NCBI GenBank assembly: GCA_012295275.1
Contig: CM022670.1
Location: 22,568,001 to 22,632,000 of the forward strand
Source of the DNA: Chrysomallon squamiferum
Lineage: Eukaryota > Animalia > Mollusca
Length of the DNA: 64,000 nt
Direction of reading: 5' to 3'
The notes beneath the pieces are model-generated. The model was not told the DNA's origin. It made no database searches and saw nothing but the letters and a program-made list of their open reading frames with translations. A program made the position numbers and the translations under genes. Position 1 is the first letter of the stretch. Every line of letters begins with the position of its first letter. Positions 26,589 through 40,915 of this stretch are shown here, piece after piece.

Positions 26589-27939
26589 TATATCTTGACA
26601 ATAATAGGTTTAGTCACTAAATTAGTGTTTGTGTCATTTTTGGGGCACTATTATTATTTTTTTTCTTACCCCTGACAAATATAACCGTAGAAATTGTTTT
26701 TCTGCCTTTCTGACAGTAGCCAATAAGGGTAAAAGTAGTAGATATAGACGTTTAATAATATATTTTCATTAACTGTAGGCCTATATTGATCTGTTTGTAC
26801 AGCCATTCCATAAACGTACTTAATGTTCAGATCTATATAAATGGAGGGTGAATGTTACATTTTAATATGAATATTACAGTTTTGGTCACACATTCAAAAA
26901 CAGAGTATCATTATTATTAACAATATGTCAGCCTGTGTCAAATACAGATCCAGTCAGATGTTTTGTTACATGTTTTAATAATTACTAATATATTAAGCAA
27001 GGATGTGTTTCACTACTACAGACAGAAGAAAGGATCTTTTAAGCCATTTAGTGACTGTAATTTTTAATGAGTTTATTTTTTAAATTTTATTGTTATTATT
27101 ACTAGCAGTTATTTAGGACGTAACAGTTTTATTGAGGCCATTATCTTTTACATCATACTGAAACATTTCAGTAGGTGGAATTAGGTCAACTCTACCTGTT
27201 TCAACTAGGAAGAGCTAATGAATGAGAGCGATGAGTCACACAGTTAGCGGTTTAGCTGCTTTTGTACCAGGAAGGTTTGCTGTGTTCTGAGGCTGAGGTT
27301 CTGTAGCAGTAGTAATGTGATAGTCATTTTAATCAGGGTGTGGTTGTTATTATAATGATGTCCACATTCCTGAAAGTAGTGCAAAATAAACAACTCAACC
27401 CCTTTTATAGTCCTAAATATCATATTATTATTAGTGCTATTATAATTAGTGCTATTATTATTATCATTATCATTATCATGATAATTATTATTATTATTAT
27501 TACTATTATTATTATTATCATCATCATCATCATTATGTTACTACTACTGCAACTGCAACTCCTATGAACAATAATAATAATTAATAGAAAATACTAATGA
27601 CTAGTAGTAGCAGTAGTAGTAGGAAAAATGTTTTTGGAATTTGTTCTTATTTGCAATGGTTTCAGCTGTTGTTGGCTTTTCAAATATAAAACATATTTGC
27701 TTTGGTTTATTATGCACAGTGTGTGTTTGTGTGTGAAGAAAGATTTGAACACAAAAACCTTTTTTAACATACAGACTTTGTTTTTTATTTTTCACAGTAT
27801 GAATTATTATTCTGCATCCAAGAAGAAATGGATGGTGCACTCATGATTGTAAAGAGCTTGATGCAAAAATATCCAAAAATTGATGCCAAATTATTTATAG
27901 GTATGTTCATTCTATTTATTTTGTACAGAATAGTAATTT

Positions 27940-27977
<38 letters not shown>

Positions 27978-30900
27978 GGATCTTTCAAATCTTGCTTAGC
28001 AATTACCTAATATATAACACACCTTGAATATTTTGTATTGATTTTCAGTTTAATATTTTAAATTGTAATTAAACTTCTTTAAAATGTTGCAGGTGGTAGA
28101 AAAGTTGGAATTAATCCAAAAATTAACAACATGATTCTTGGTTATGATGCAGCAAAATATGACTTAATCCTAATTTCAGACAGTGGTTTACGAAGTAAGT
28201 ATCATCGTTTTCAACAAACCAGTCATAACAAAAGTGTTTGTTTGATAGAGGCTTGATATATTTAAAATAAATGTGTTTTATTGTTGCTGTTTATTTGGAG
28301 AAACATTTATTGATTTTGTTAAAGCAAACATACAAGCATACTTAATAAATAGGTACCTGATGTGAATGGACATGCATCACGTATATGTATTTGTGCAGTA
28401 ATTACCACACCCATCTGTAGCATTACATGGTTAATACTCTTATAATATATGTTTTTAATTTTTCCATGAATCTGGACCAAAGCATTCAACAATGTGTTTT
28501 GACTGGTCATGCCTAACTGCATAAGTTCAAAGAAAAATTCTTAGTGAAAAATCTCTAGCCTGCTTTACATTACTTAACAATGTTCTTTTATAATGTGATG
28601 AAAGCGTGCATTCAGCCCTAAGTTTTATTCTTTGATGATTGTGAATATTAATCAGAGATCAAGCAGAGAATGGTTGAGAGGGGGGAACAATTTTACATTG
28701 TAATTTACATGTGGTAATTTTGTCATATTCTACTTAAACTGAAAATATTACTATTTTATGTGGGTTTGTTTATTGTTGTGTTGTTTTGTGTGTTTTTTTT
28801 TTTGTTGTTTTATTATTAAGCAAAAATAATTATACTTAATTTGTATGTTATAATTAAGCTTTTAGAATCTCTCTTTGAGCCATGTACAAAAATTATATCT
28901 AATTTTAAATTTAATTTATGTACATTTAATTTTTTAGTGAAAGAAGACGCTCTTCTAGACATGGTGAACCATTTAACAGAGAAAACTGGTTTGGTTCATC
29001 AAATGCCATACATATGTGATAGAAAAGGCTTTTCTTCTCTTGTAGAACAGGTAATAATAAACAAGTTTATTCATACAGAAGGCAATAAAATATTCATTGA
29101 AACCATTATTGGCTGCATTCTAACTCAATACTGAAGTTCAGCAAATGTTTACAATAGTTATAATAGCTTGAATGAATATATCAGTGGCTTGAGTAAACTT
29201 TTTCTGAACTAAATGTTTGGTCTTGTGAATGTTAAACATATTTCATTGAAAGCCTCAATGTACAGTTTTCATGGAAAATCACTGAAATGTATTTGAACAG
29301 TTTTCTGTTTGTTAGTTTCATCATTAATGACAGAATTAATTATTTAAGAGAAACTTAGGATGAGTCATGGAAATGTGACAGTAATCACGCAATGTTTTCT
29401 TTACAACACTTGTTGAGTTGTTAAATAGCTATCAGTGATTTTTCAATTTTTTTTTTCCTCAAGTACATTCACAGAATGCTGCAACTATTGCCAGACAAAT
29501 AACATTCACCAATTTAAAAAAAAAAATCTATGAGCACTGTATAACAGTAAATTATTAAAATGTAATCAGTTAGTACAAACAAAGACCTTTGATTTACCTT
29601 TGCGAATTTTGAATAAATCCTTTAATACAATGTAAAAAAAAAAAAACAGCAAAAAGCAAAGATAAAATATAATTTTTATTTACAAGTATTGATCTTTCAA
29701 ATGGGGAGCACAATAAACAAATTGTAACACAATTTGACCAAACAACACTGAACAATCAAAAGAATAATTTTGATTATATATAATGACTTACATATTTAAA
29801 ATTTTAAATGCTGAATACATTTAATGACTGACCTTCTTGGTAAAGATGTCGCAAAAATTTTTTTTTTTAAGAAATTTGTGTTTTCAGATGTAGACTTTTT
29901 AATAAAAATATTTATTTTAAGTAAAATAAATTTAAAAAAATAAATTATAATTGTTATTTAAATTGTTCTGAAACTTTCTTGGAAAAACGTATTTTTCTTG
30001 TATATTTCTAATATATACTGACAGAAATATATTTATATTATATTTTTCTGCTCTTAGATATTTTTTGGAACACAGCAGGCCAAGATGTACATTGGAGCTC
30101 AGTGTTTGGGAATAAACTGTACAACAGGTATGTCATGTTTATTCCGGAAAGAAGTTGCTGAAGAGGCTGGTGGGATGAAATATTTTGGTCAGTTTCTTGC
30201 TGAAGACTACATGCTTGCTCAAGCCTTTTTAGATAGGTGAGTACATTTATTAAATTCTGTGGAGTATTTTAACTTTTTTTTTTTTGTGGGGGGGAAGAAA
30301 ATGGAAAAAAAAACCATCTACTAAATATAATTAGAACAATTTAATCATCATTAACTTTTTATAAAATCACATAGAACTTTGAGACATGTCACATCTCTTA
30401 TGTGAAATGAAGATAACTATCTCTGTTTACTATCGTTATCTGATAAAAATTAAAAATACTGAACAGGAATCTTTATCCCTGGTTTTTCTTTCTCCATCTG
30501 TTCAGCTATCAAGTTACAGAAGTCTGTTATAAAGATAAATTTTTAAATTTTGTTATTTCTATGCTGATTTAATAATAATCTGCTTCATAGCCTAACAGCA
30601 ACAATAAAGATAAAGTCTATTACTTGTTTGTTTTTTTCCTCTTTTCTTGTGTATGTTTGTGTGTGTATTATAAAATTAAAATCAACTGAACAAATCATTT
30701 GAATAAGTGTTTTCTGTATAATTATTATTTTTAGATTGTTTATTTTAAAAACTGTTTGAACAATATTATTATGTAATGGTGATGATAAGAAAATTTAGAA
30801 TTTCAGAAAGTTAGTTGAAAACCACTGTCTGTAATTTGTCAGTTTATTTCAGTACAAAATATCTCTTTTTTTCATAACTTAAACTCAAATGAAATCATCC

Positions 30901-31918
30901 TTTCATGAATATGTTTGTATAAATATTATTTTTTTCATCAGTTAAATATTACCTGAAACGTTTAATGAATATTTTTTTGTTCTGAATTCTTACAGGGGAT
31001 GGATTGTACGAATAAGCTCACAGACAGCATCTCAAAATGCAGGAAACTATTCCATAGCAGATTTTCATGCCAGATTAGTCAGGTAAATTGGTAACCGTTT
31101 TGTGTTTCATACATGTTTTTGAGGTATTGCACATTTATAACTTTCTACAGTTTCAATACGTTTCCTAAGTAATTCAGCATCATTGCAATGAAGAATTTAA
31201 TTCAAAACTTGGAACTGACTTAACTAACTTTATAAAAGATTCTGATACAGCTTATTTTATTTAGTCCTTGGTTGAGTTAATTAAATGTTTACGCATGATT
31301 TCATTATGTTTTCAGATGGACAAAGTTGCGCATTGCCACAGTTCCGACAACCATGTTCTTTGAGCCAATATTCCAGTGTATGTTCTTGGGGGCAATCACA
31401 TCTTGGGCAGTGTCTTATCTTTTCGACTGGACAGCACTTGTGTTTTTCCTTATTCATGTGTTGGTTTGGTTTCTTGGAGATTACATTCTCATCAGTGTTG
31501 TGCAGGTATTTTCCCCATTTTTATTAAACTGTGTTGTTATTATTAATCCTGCTGTTACAATAAAAACAATGACATATCCCTGTTAATGTATTTCGTTTTC
31601 TAATGGAAATGGTAATATTAAATACTTGGGAGTTCACTTTTGTGAGAAAATGAATGAATTAATTGCTGTAAATATTAAGATATATTTGTCTTGATGTATG
31701 TTTTTTTTTTTACAAAGAAAGAATTATTTTTGCAGGGCGGTCCTTTACCATGCTCCAAATTTGAATTCTTGGTTGGCTGGCTATTGAACGAAATGACGTA
31801 CTTTTACATTATATGTCAAGCTCATCTGAATCCAGTAGTAGTGTGGAGGTCGAAGAAGTACAGGATAAAATGGGGTGGAATAACTGAAGAGATTACCCCT
31901 CCACCTCCAAAAGAATGA
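18966..31918 (+). CDS. UGCG: Ceramide glucosyltransferase (glucosylceramide synthase, GT21); exons 18966-19063, 20576-20714, 27798-27900, 28093-28194, 28938-29050, 30058-30236, 30996-31082, 31316-31505, 31736-31918
   Basis: In-frame splicing gives an N-terminal TM anchor, [63 protein letters not shown] and a hydrophobic C-terminus ending [15 protein letters not shown]. Confidence 0.95.
24255..24441. repeat. (GT)n and (CA)n microsatellites in opposite orientation
   Basis: (GT)n at about 24255-24289 and (CA)n at about 24406-24441, in UGCG intron 2. Confidence 0.9.
24957..25001. repeat. Poly-T run (about 45 nt)
   Basis: Direct reading. Confidence 0.95.
26537..26586. repeat. (AT)n microsatellite
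   Basis: Direct reading. Confidence 0.95.
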
Positions 31919-34900
31919 AGTCATATAACAAAAACAAGCTGAAACACACCTTTATTACAAACAAAGAAAAAAAGAAAAAAAAAAAAGAGGAAAAAATCAG
32001 AAGATTCATAAGTAATTTATCTACAACACTGATTTCAGGGAGAACAAATTATATGCTGATAAACAGCAATTAAGTTCTAATGAAAATGAAAACCCTGATT
32101 CTCTATTACAATTTTTTTTTATTTTTTTTATTTTTTTGAAAATAGTTTAAAGACAAATGTTGAAAATTAAGAATCTGTAATATACAGCACTTCAATATTT
32201 CAAGTTAATGAGATTATTTATGTTGTCTGTTTAATGTTTTATTAAATTTACAATAAAAATGTCTCTTAAGAGAAGAATAATACTTTTGGAATTAAAAATA
32301 GGAATAAAAGAATTGAATGGAAAGTATTTTTTTTTTTTAAATATTAAAAAAAAAAAAAAAAATTCTGCTTAGTAATTGTTGAATTTAATGTTTATATATA
32401 ATAAAATGAAAAAATTTTTAATACCTAGCACTACTAAAATAATAAGTTTTAAAAATAATAATTAATTAAATAACAAATTATTTCTCTTTTTTTTTTTAAA
32501 TTTTAAATGTATTGAAATTGTGTCTAATTAACTACTTGACAGTGATCAGCTGTTTCGGTGAAAAAAAAATGTATGGCATTTTTTGTTATTACATAGTTAT
32601 TACATATTGATGGTGCTGGTGTACCGTTCAGTTGTGTTGATTTTTTAACTGTTTTTTTTTTTTTTTTTTTTATTACTTTCTGATTCCATTACAAAACATA
32701 TTGGGGAAAAAAGCCAACTTTTGTCAATTGCCACAACTTAAATCTCTTGTTGGGTTTTTGTTTTTCATAGATTTTTCACTTTATGGCATTACTTGAAATT
32801 GTATTGTTCATTATTCTTGTTGCTATTAATATACTTGTTAATTAAAGCAAAGCATGGTAATAGAAATCTTCAATATTTTAATATCTTTCTGTCTGTCTAC
32901 GGTTGTTGCCTGTATTTCAGTGCCATTCATGTTATAATTCATATATGCAATATAATATAATTTGTTTAACTGCACGTTGTGACTGAACAGTACATTTTAT
33001 ATATACAGTGTTTTGTATGTGTGTAACATGTTTTAATAATATCGCAACTGCAGTCTACTGTATCAAAATTATTTTTTCCAAGGTGTTGGTCTGCCTGTCC
33101 AGCTTGTATAATTTCTCTTTTATAATCTGTGCAAATACATTGCCAGTTTTTTTCTTTTATCAGTATGATCTTCTTGCACAAGTTAATGTAATTCATATTT
33201 TAAATGCAAGGTTGAAATTGGTGGTTTTGTGCTTGTCTGCATGTTGTTTTCTGTCATGTTCCCAAGGTCGTGATTGTTTTGTGTTTTTGTTTTTTTGTGG
33301 GTTTTTTAAATACCTAATTCATTTTATCTTTTTAAAAAAAATTATTAAAAAAAATATAATTATTGATGTCACTTCTTCTTAGTTTATTTGGTGAATTCTA
33401 ATTTATTGCTGTTTCAAATTAAACAGAAAGAAGGGTAACAATGATAATAATGTACATATTTTTCTTTGAAGTAATTGGTATTTGATTAGCTGCTGTAACA
33501 TTTTTTGATGAAGTATTAAGTTAATCATTGTCATAAGTAAGCAAGACATTTGTAATGTCAGAAATATTTGTTTTTTTTCCTCTTCAACAAATCAATACTT
33601 TTTCTTATTTTCCATACCATTGTGATCAAGGTCATCAGCAGAATCTCGTACCCTGGGGACAGTTGTCATTGTTGTTGCTTTCCTTTTCCTAGATCTAAAA
33701 TTGATGGGTTTTTTTAAAAAAATAATAATTTCGTGTTTGAACTGATATGAATTGTTTATAATTTTTTTTTTTGTGTGTTTTTTTTTTTTTAGTTCTTTAA
33801 ATTTTTCTAAGAGATCAAAATAATGTTTGTGTGTGTTGAAAAGCAAATTACACATTTCTGAATTTAGTCAAGTTTTTGGGGTGTTTTTTGTTTGTTTGTT
33901 TAATTTTATTTTTTTATTTTATTTTTTTTTTGTTATGCAAGACAGTAATTTTTATAATAATAATATAAATTTGTTCATTTCAGTTTCTTAATTTGATGTA
34001 AAATCCTAGTCGTTAATAATGTAATTTAAATATTTTCTGTCTTCTGTATAAGCAACGTTTTGCACTTTTCTGTCAATGATTGTGTGGTGTTTTTTCACAA
34101 GTGTGAAATCAAAACTAAAACCATATTTACAACACAGGTCAGTAGTGTGATTTTTAAATTCCAGCCAGTGTGACAAATTTATAATTTACTAATACAGATC
34201 TTTTTCTCAAGAATAAATGAATGTAAATACTTACATATTTATTACTTCTTTAGTTCAACAATGTAACTTATTTATTTATTTATCTTTATAATTTTATATG
34301 TATACTAAAAATCATAGATTACAAACGATTGCTAATATTTCATGATATTGTGGTCTGGTATTATCACTAATGTTCAATGGCTGTAGTTACTTTTCATCCA
34401 ATTATTTTTATTTTTTCAGTCGATTTGTTTTGTATGCCTGATTTTAGTGGCATTTGTTGTGATTGTCTTTTTTCAAATAATCTGTATCAATGTTGGACTA
34501 ACAGTATTTATTTTAAATGAAATAAGAATTATTACTAACTCCATTGTCATCAAATTTCCAAGAAATGCAAGGCAATAGTAATCATTTTTAATTTTACATG
34601 TTCATAATAAACAAAATAGTTGTGTTTTTTTTTTTTTTTAAATACATATAAAAAAAGAAGTAACTGAAGCTTGTCATATTATGAATATTGTATAAAGCCC
34701 ATTTGCAATATGAATGAAAAAAAAAAAAAAATCAGGGAAAGTAATTTTAATTCTAAATTTGGTTGAACTTGTCTGATTTTGGACCTGAAACTGGAATTAT
34801 TTTTTGAAAAGTAAAGTGTACATTTAAAAAAAAGTTTTCTTGAGATAATACTTGTAAATGTTTTAGGTTTTTGTATTAATATTGTGATTTGTATAATGTA

Positions 34901-36992
34901 ATCATATATACCAAAGTTGAGTGACCAATGATTTGTTACACTGCTTCATCACATGAAATAAACAATTGTGGAAAAGCAGTATACTTTAAAAAGAATAATG
35001 TACCACATTTTTTTTTTTTTTTTTTTTTTTACACCTTGTATTTTCCTATAGCAAGCTTTTTACTGGAGTTAATACATTTCTGTTGCCATATGTTGGATAT
35101 TGATAATTCTTTGACTGTTGAAACCTTTATAATAATTGTCAATTCTTCAAGGAATTTTTTTTTTTAAATTTGATTTTAGCTTTGTCCAACGACACACCAA
35201 TTTTTTTTGTAATAATTGTGTAACTGTTATTATAAATTAGAACAAATACAAAATCATTTAAAATATAATGACTTTAAAAATAATAAAGAGGAAATGTATT
35301 TATCCTTGATATCCATCGATAAGTTTTTGATTTAAATACATATGAATAAGTTAGCTGACAAATATCCATAATGTATAATGAAGAAGTAATTTTATTTAGG
35401 TAAATTATAGAAAAAAAAAGATAATAAAGAAAAAAAATCATATGCAAAAAAAAAAAATAATAATGTATGAACACAGAAATTTTGCCAATGTTTTGACTTG
35501 ATTAGACTGAACTTGTAACTTGGCCTCGTTTTTCCCCCGAGCATTGCTGTATGATGACTCTTACTAGAGTTTGATTAGTAAATGCTGGTAGATATGGTTA
35601 CTGGGTAACCAAGTCCCCTGCAGTACCTGAGAGCTTGGACTTCTTTTTGTTAAATAAAAATACAGAGATGGGGCCAGTGATTTATTTATAATTTAAATAA
35701 ATGTAAATAGAAAAGTTTGAAATTGAGAAATCCATTTTTCTGTAACAAAAATCTGTTTTAACTGGCACATTCAGTATTTTGTGAACAAAAAGTTGTTTTC
35801 GAGTTCCGGACTGCAGCATCAATACTTGGTCAAGTTTACGAAGGATCAGAACCACACTGATCCTGATGACGTCCATCTCGTCAAAACTATGGTGAGCTCC
35901 AGTTATGACAAATATTCCTTGTTGTGAGTGTGATAAAATATTTAAAACAATTATGTACTTCATTCTTGGTCAGCAACATATTTTCCAAAAAATGCTGACA
36001 CCAATAAACCGATTCTTGATTTTTCAACTGGTTGTTTGTTTTTTTTTGTTCTTCGTTTAAAATCAGATAAGGCCAATGCGTCAAAGCTAACAGCATATTA
36101 TGGTAAATATACACATAAACAAGCAACTTACACAATTTATTTGCAGTTTTGCAAATTTTAATTGAAATCGTAATGTAAAATTATATATTTATATATAAAT
36201 ATTTACTTACATCTGTAAAGATAAATTCTGAGAAACCAGACATATTGTGAAACTATTTTTTTCTAAAAAATAATTATATTAAAATTACAAATATTGGGAC
36301 CTTATCTGATTACATTTTAAAATTAAGGAAAAATATATATCAAAATTCATGTAGATGTCCTATTAGTTCTAAAGAAAATTGGTGGTTTTTCCAAATTAAT
36401 ATCTAGTACAAAGTCTTTAATGTGAAGGTTTACATAGTAATTGATTATTAATTTCTTTTAAAAATATGATGGAAAAAATGAATCCCAAAATGAAAACTTC
36501 ATTTAAGTCTCCAAGTTAAAACAGAATAAGAATAATACAGCCTCTCAACCTTTTATTTCCAACAAGTTAATTTTATACAAAACTGATGAGAAGTTAATGC
36601 TGTTCAAACTTTTCATCAAAATTATTTCCACATACAGTCTTTGTAGTAAATGCCTGTCCTTACCAGCTGTATCTAAAACTAAAGATAATTTCCTTTTATG
36701 AGAAACCATTTGATACATGTATCAGTTTATCACCTAAAGTCATATTCACTGCCTAAAAATAGATGTTCAAGGAATTAGTTTTTCATTTCAATTTTCTGAA
36801 ACTGAAATAATACATTTGTTTTGAAAAATAATAATGGACACCAGAGAGTATTATATTTTCAATATTACAAACATGTTCTTTAGGTTTTGCTTTGTATCCT
36901 ACACATAATGTCCTTCTGTAACAAAATTTGTAACATATTGATGATATATACAGATGAAGATGATCATTTGATGAACCCAACATGCATTCACA

Positions 36993-39900
36993 CTATCCTT
37001 CCATCTCTTCATCTTCCTCTTCTACTTCCTGGTCTGTGTCAGCTGAAAATACACACAAATTCAAGTGAAACAAAACTATCAAAGCAGGGATCAAATATGG
37101 TTTAAAGCTGGTTTTAAGTTCTAAAAGGTTTTTGAAAAAATTTGATTTTTAATTGAAATGTAGTAAATTTAAATTTTGTCTCACTCTAATAATTACTTCC
37201 AATCAAGTTTTGTCTTTTGTTATTTTAATTACAGTTGTTTACAACTTAAATATTCCTTCTAAAATAAACATTTTAACACGAGATTCATAAGCATGCTAAT
37301 ATGTATCAAATTTATTTTTATTCTAATAAAATCATTCTAAATTAATAGTAATAGTAATATGAATGGAGATGTATTTCATGTTTACAATATTACTGCATCC
37401 AAGATGCAATAACTCTGACTGACTTCATGATTCTGATATTAATAAACCAAATGAGCCAAAATTTTCTTAAAACAAACAACAATTAATATTTGTTTAAGTA
37501 ATTTAATATGATACCTTTTGCTTTCTTTGCTGTTGCAGCATTTCCAGGAACTTGTCCTGTCTTCAACATCATATTTAATCTTTCTACTTCTTCCAATGTC
37601 TTGGCGTTAGCTATTGCTTTCTAGAAAATAAACCATAAATTTATTAATAAACTGTAATGTTTAGATAAATAAAACAACACAGCAAAAATTAAATAGATTT
37701 GATAGTATGTGGGTCCTAAATTAATATTCAGAAATATTTAATAGTGACATAAGTGAAAAACAAAAATTATTTAAATAACAAATACACTTCAAACAGCGAC
37801 TCCATATCTCAACTTCAGTATTTAATTTGTAATTAATTAAAAGAAAATTGTCTAAATGAAAGATTAAAACTGCCTGATTAAATCTGATGCATATTGTAAG
37901 TTATATATTTTTTTTTTTTTCTGATGTTTTTTTCTTCTTAATATATTACCTTGATAGATTCGATGTCCTCTCTCGAAGGGCCTGTGGGTGTTGCTGCCGG
38001 TCGTTTCACAGGTAAGTTTTCTCCTGGGACAAATGTTTTACTCTTCTTCCCAATATCCTGAGCCAGCTGTTGTCCTTTCTTTCCCTTGAATGTCTTCGCG
38101 GCTGCCTCTCGCTCCTAACCAGAAACAGTTTTAAAAATAACATTAATCAACAAAAAAATAAACAGAAATACTAATAAAAACTTAGTTTATCAAACTGAAT
38201 TTATTTAACATGAAAGTATAATTTAAAAACAACTCTTTTAATTTGACAAAATTTATTTATTTTTGTTTTTCATTTGAATTAATTTTATTTACTTTTTCAA
38301 CACACAGGATGAAAGGGATCAGGTATACTCTGTGCTTACAGGATTTTGTAGATGATTATAGCAAGTTGTTTATACTAAAAGTATATGATATTACAAACCT
38401 TCTGTTTTATTCGCTGGAAATCTAACACCCTGAGGAATGGACATTTGTGAATAACATAGAGCCTATAGTGTTTTTTAGCTGTTACTGGATTACGCAGCAA
38501 ACTGTAGAAAACAAAAATATCCAGTATGTTTTCATAAAACATTAAATCAAACATTCTAGCTAGCCACAAAAATGCAAAATTGATACCTGAAAATGTTTAG
38601 AAAATTATCTCTGATGTATCATTTGAACAAGCTGAAGATCCAAATATATATATTAAATTCTCTAATATGTATCAGAACAAATTAGAATCAGTTTCTTTAA
38701 TAATACCAACTATATAGACATTTATAATAACAAAAATTTAACAGCAATGGAAAATTACAAAGGTCTCCAACTTCCCAGTAATTATTAAAAAGAGTAACAT
38801 TTAAACATTTTTTCACAGTAACACAATTTTATCAATAGGATCCATTTAAAAATACTACTTTTGTTTCTGTTTCTCTGTTAAAATAATATAATCAATGTGA
38901 ACTGTACCTTAAGTGACGAAGTGACTGAATGCTTCCCAAAGGATCCAAATCTCCAAGTTCCTGCATACCATTGTTTGTCAAAATCAGAGTCTCTAAATTA
39001 GGCAGAGTTTCTTCTATGGAATCACCAATACGCCTGAAATACATATATATATATATATATATATATACAAAATTAAGATTATAATTCAGGAATGAAAATT
39101 TTAACATATAATTATAAAAATCATTATGATTTCACATGCTTTATGTTATTAAGGTATCAAAAGGATTTTTTGCTAAATGTTTAATATATATATAAGAAAA
39201 TGTGTGTTTGTGTGTTTGCAATAATTTCTGACAACAGATACTGCTTGAGAGTACGATGTTGAAAATGACCATTAGGTTGGCAAATTCCACATCATCTAGT
39301 GTTAATCAGCTTCTAGAAACTAGCATAATTTAATTCTATTTATAAGATTTTATACAATTTTTCTTAATTTTTATCTAAGGTTTATCACATTATACATTAA
39401 TAGTAATAGAATTAAAAACAATAAAAAAAACTTTAACAAGTAATGACAATGCTTACACTATTCTGTTATTGTTGAAAAGTAATGATTTTAACCTCTTCAG
39501 AAGAGGAAAACCATCTAATTTCCTTACATCATTATCTGAAAAGTCAATTGTGTCAAACTGATCCTGTAAAATGAAAATCACAATTAGTAATATAAGTCTA
39601 TGTGTGTGTGTGTGTGTTAAAATATTTTGTGACAAGAATGTAATAACAGAATATTATGAAATGAAATATGCACATCAAAAACATTTGTCACTGTACTTAA
39701 CTTACAAATGTCTCCATTTATTTTTCCATGATCCTTAAAATATATACATTTAATTTGCTAGTGCAAAACATAAAGAATGAAATCATTTGGTATTAATATT
39801 ATTTTAAAATTTTAAGATTGTAATTTTTGCCAAAATAACAAAAAATATTTATTATTTTTAACATTAAAGTAATCTAACAACAAACTAACCTTGTAACTTG

Positions 39901-40206
39901 GAAACAATAAAATTAATTTTTAAGAAATGTTAAATATTAAATTTATCAGGTTTTGTGAAATTTTAAGAAATAAAATAACAACAACCCCAAAGCCCCAAAT
40001 AATAGCAGAAAAATGTAAATACTCACTAAAGTTGCACCAACATTTTCAATTACAGGTATTCTGTAGCCTGAAAAAACAACATTTTTAATTATTATTAAAC
40101 TTTTTAGTAAAACTTATTTTGCTGTATCAACAGAGACAGATAACAGATCATTATATTATCTTAACCCAAGTTTCACAATTCAAACATTCATGCATGAATA
40201 TGAAAA

Positions 40207-40244
<38 letters not shown>

Positions 40245-40915
40245 TTAATACTTTACTGTTTATACTTTCTTGATTTTGTATTTAATACTTTACAGTCAAG
40301 ATAAACAACAAGTAATTATTTTTATTTGAATTCCTGCAGGTTTGAAGCCAAGTGCCATTAACAATCACTAGTGTTTGGTTTATAACCAGAAAGTTGATAC
40401 ATTAGTATGATTAGATATTGTGACTGATTTTAAAATAACAACAATCACAATGATTGAATGACTTGATTAAATTAACGTAAATAAACATTATTTATTAATT
40501 ATGTATCTGTTTATTGAATCTTCAGTCTCAAAAGTGATTTGACAATAAAATTCAAATTTTTAACTGTATTGAACAAAAGTACATTATTTTTAAACAGTCA
40601 TTCCATTTCTCGTTCTGACATCTATCAGTAATATATTTACAACTATTAACAAGATAAAGTTACAATAACCATTTTTCTTATATAAGTTCGTTTACTAAAT
40701 TACTGCTACTGCTTTAAATACCCAAAGTCCAAGTAAAAGGCAAGTTGCACGTTAAAATACTAGACGTATTCAATATATTTATCAAAACAGTGGAACAAAA
40801 TATTGGTGTTTTGGGTTTATCTTTTATTTTTACCTCTCAAATCAAGTTCACGGTCACGAACTGGATTCGTATATTGAGCACATTGTTCAATTAATTCTGC
40901 AGTAAGACGAACCAT
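36993..40915 (-). CDS. SNRPA1: U2 snRNP protein A' (LRR); exons 40915-40834, 40067-40027, 39563-39457, 39033-38908, 38501-38399, 38114-37950, 37620-37515, 37042-36993
   Basis: MVRLTAELIEQCAQYTNPVRDRELDLRGYRIPVIENVGATLDQFDTIDFSDNDVRKLDGFPLLKRLKSLLFNNNRI..LRNPVTAKKHYRLYVIHK..RVLDFQRIKQKER..AIANAKTLEEVERLNMMLKTGQVPG; all introns are GT-AG. Confidence 0.97.

Noticed and set aside
28596-28660. GTGATGA and TTGATGA in UGCG intron 4 as a C/D snoRNA
   Set aside because: No CTGA at a suitable distance, no terminal stem and no recognisable target.
35605-35680. AAGTCCCC ... ATGGGGCC resembling RNase MRP P4 halves
   Set aside because: The halves are only about 50 nt apart, the GARAG context is missing and the pairing is imperfect.
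35838-35890. CTGATGA between two stems, suggesting a hammerhead ribozyme
   Set aside because: There is no GAAA after stem II and no stem III or cleavage triplet.
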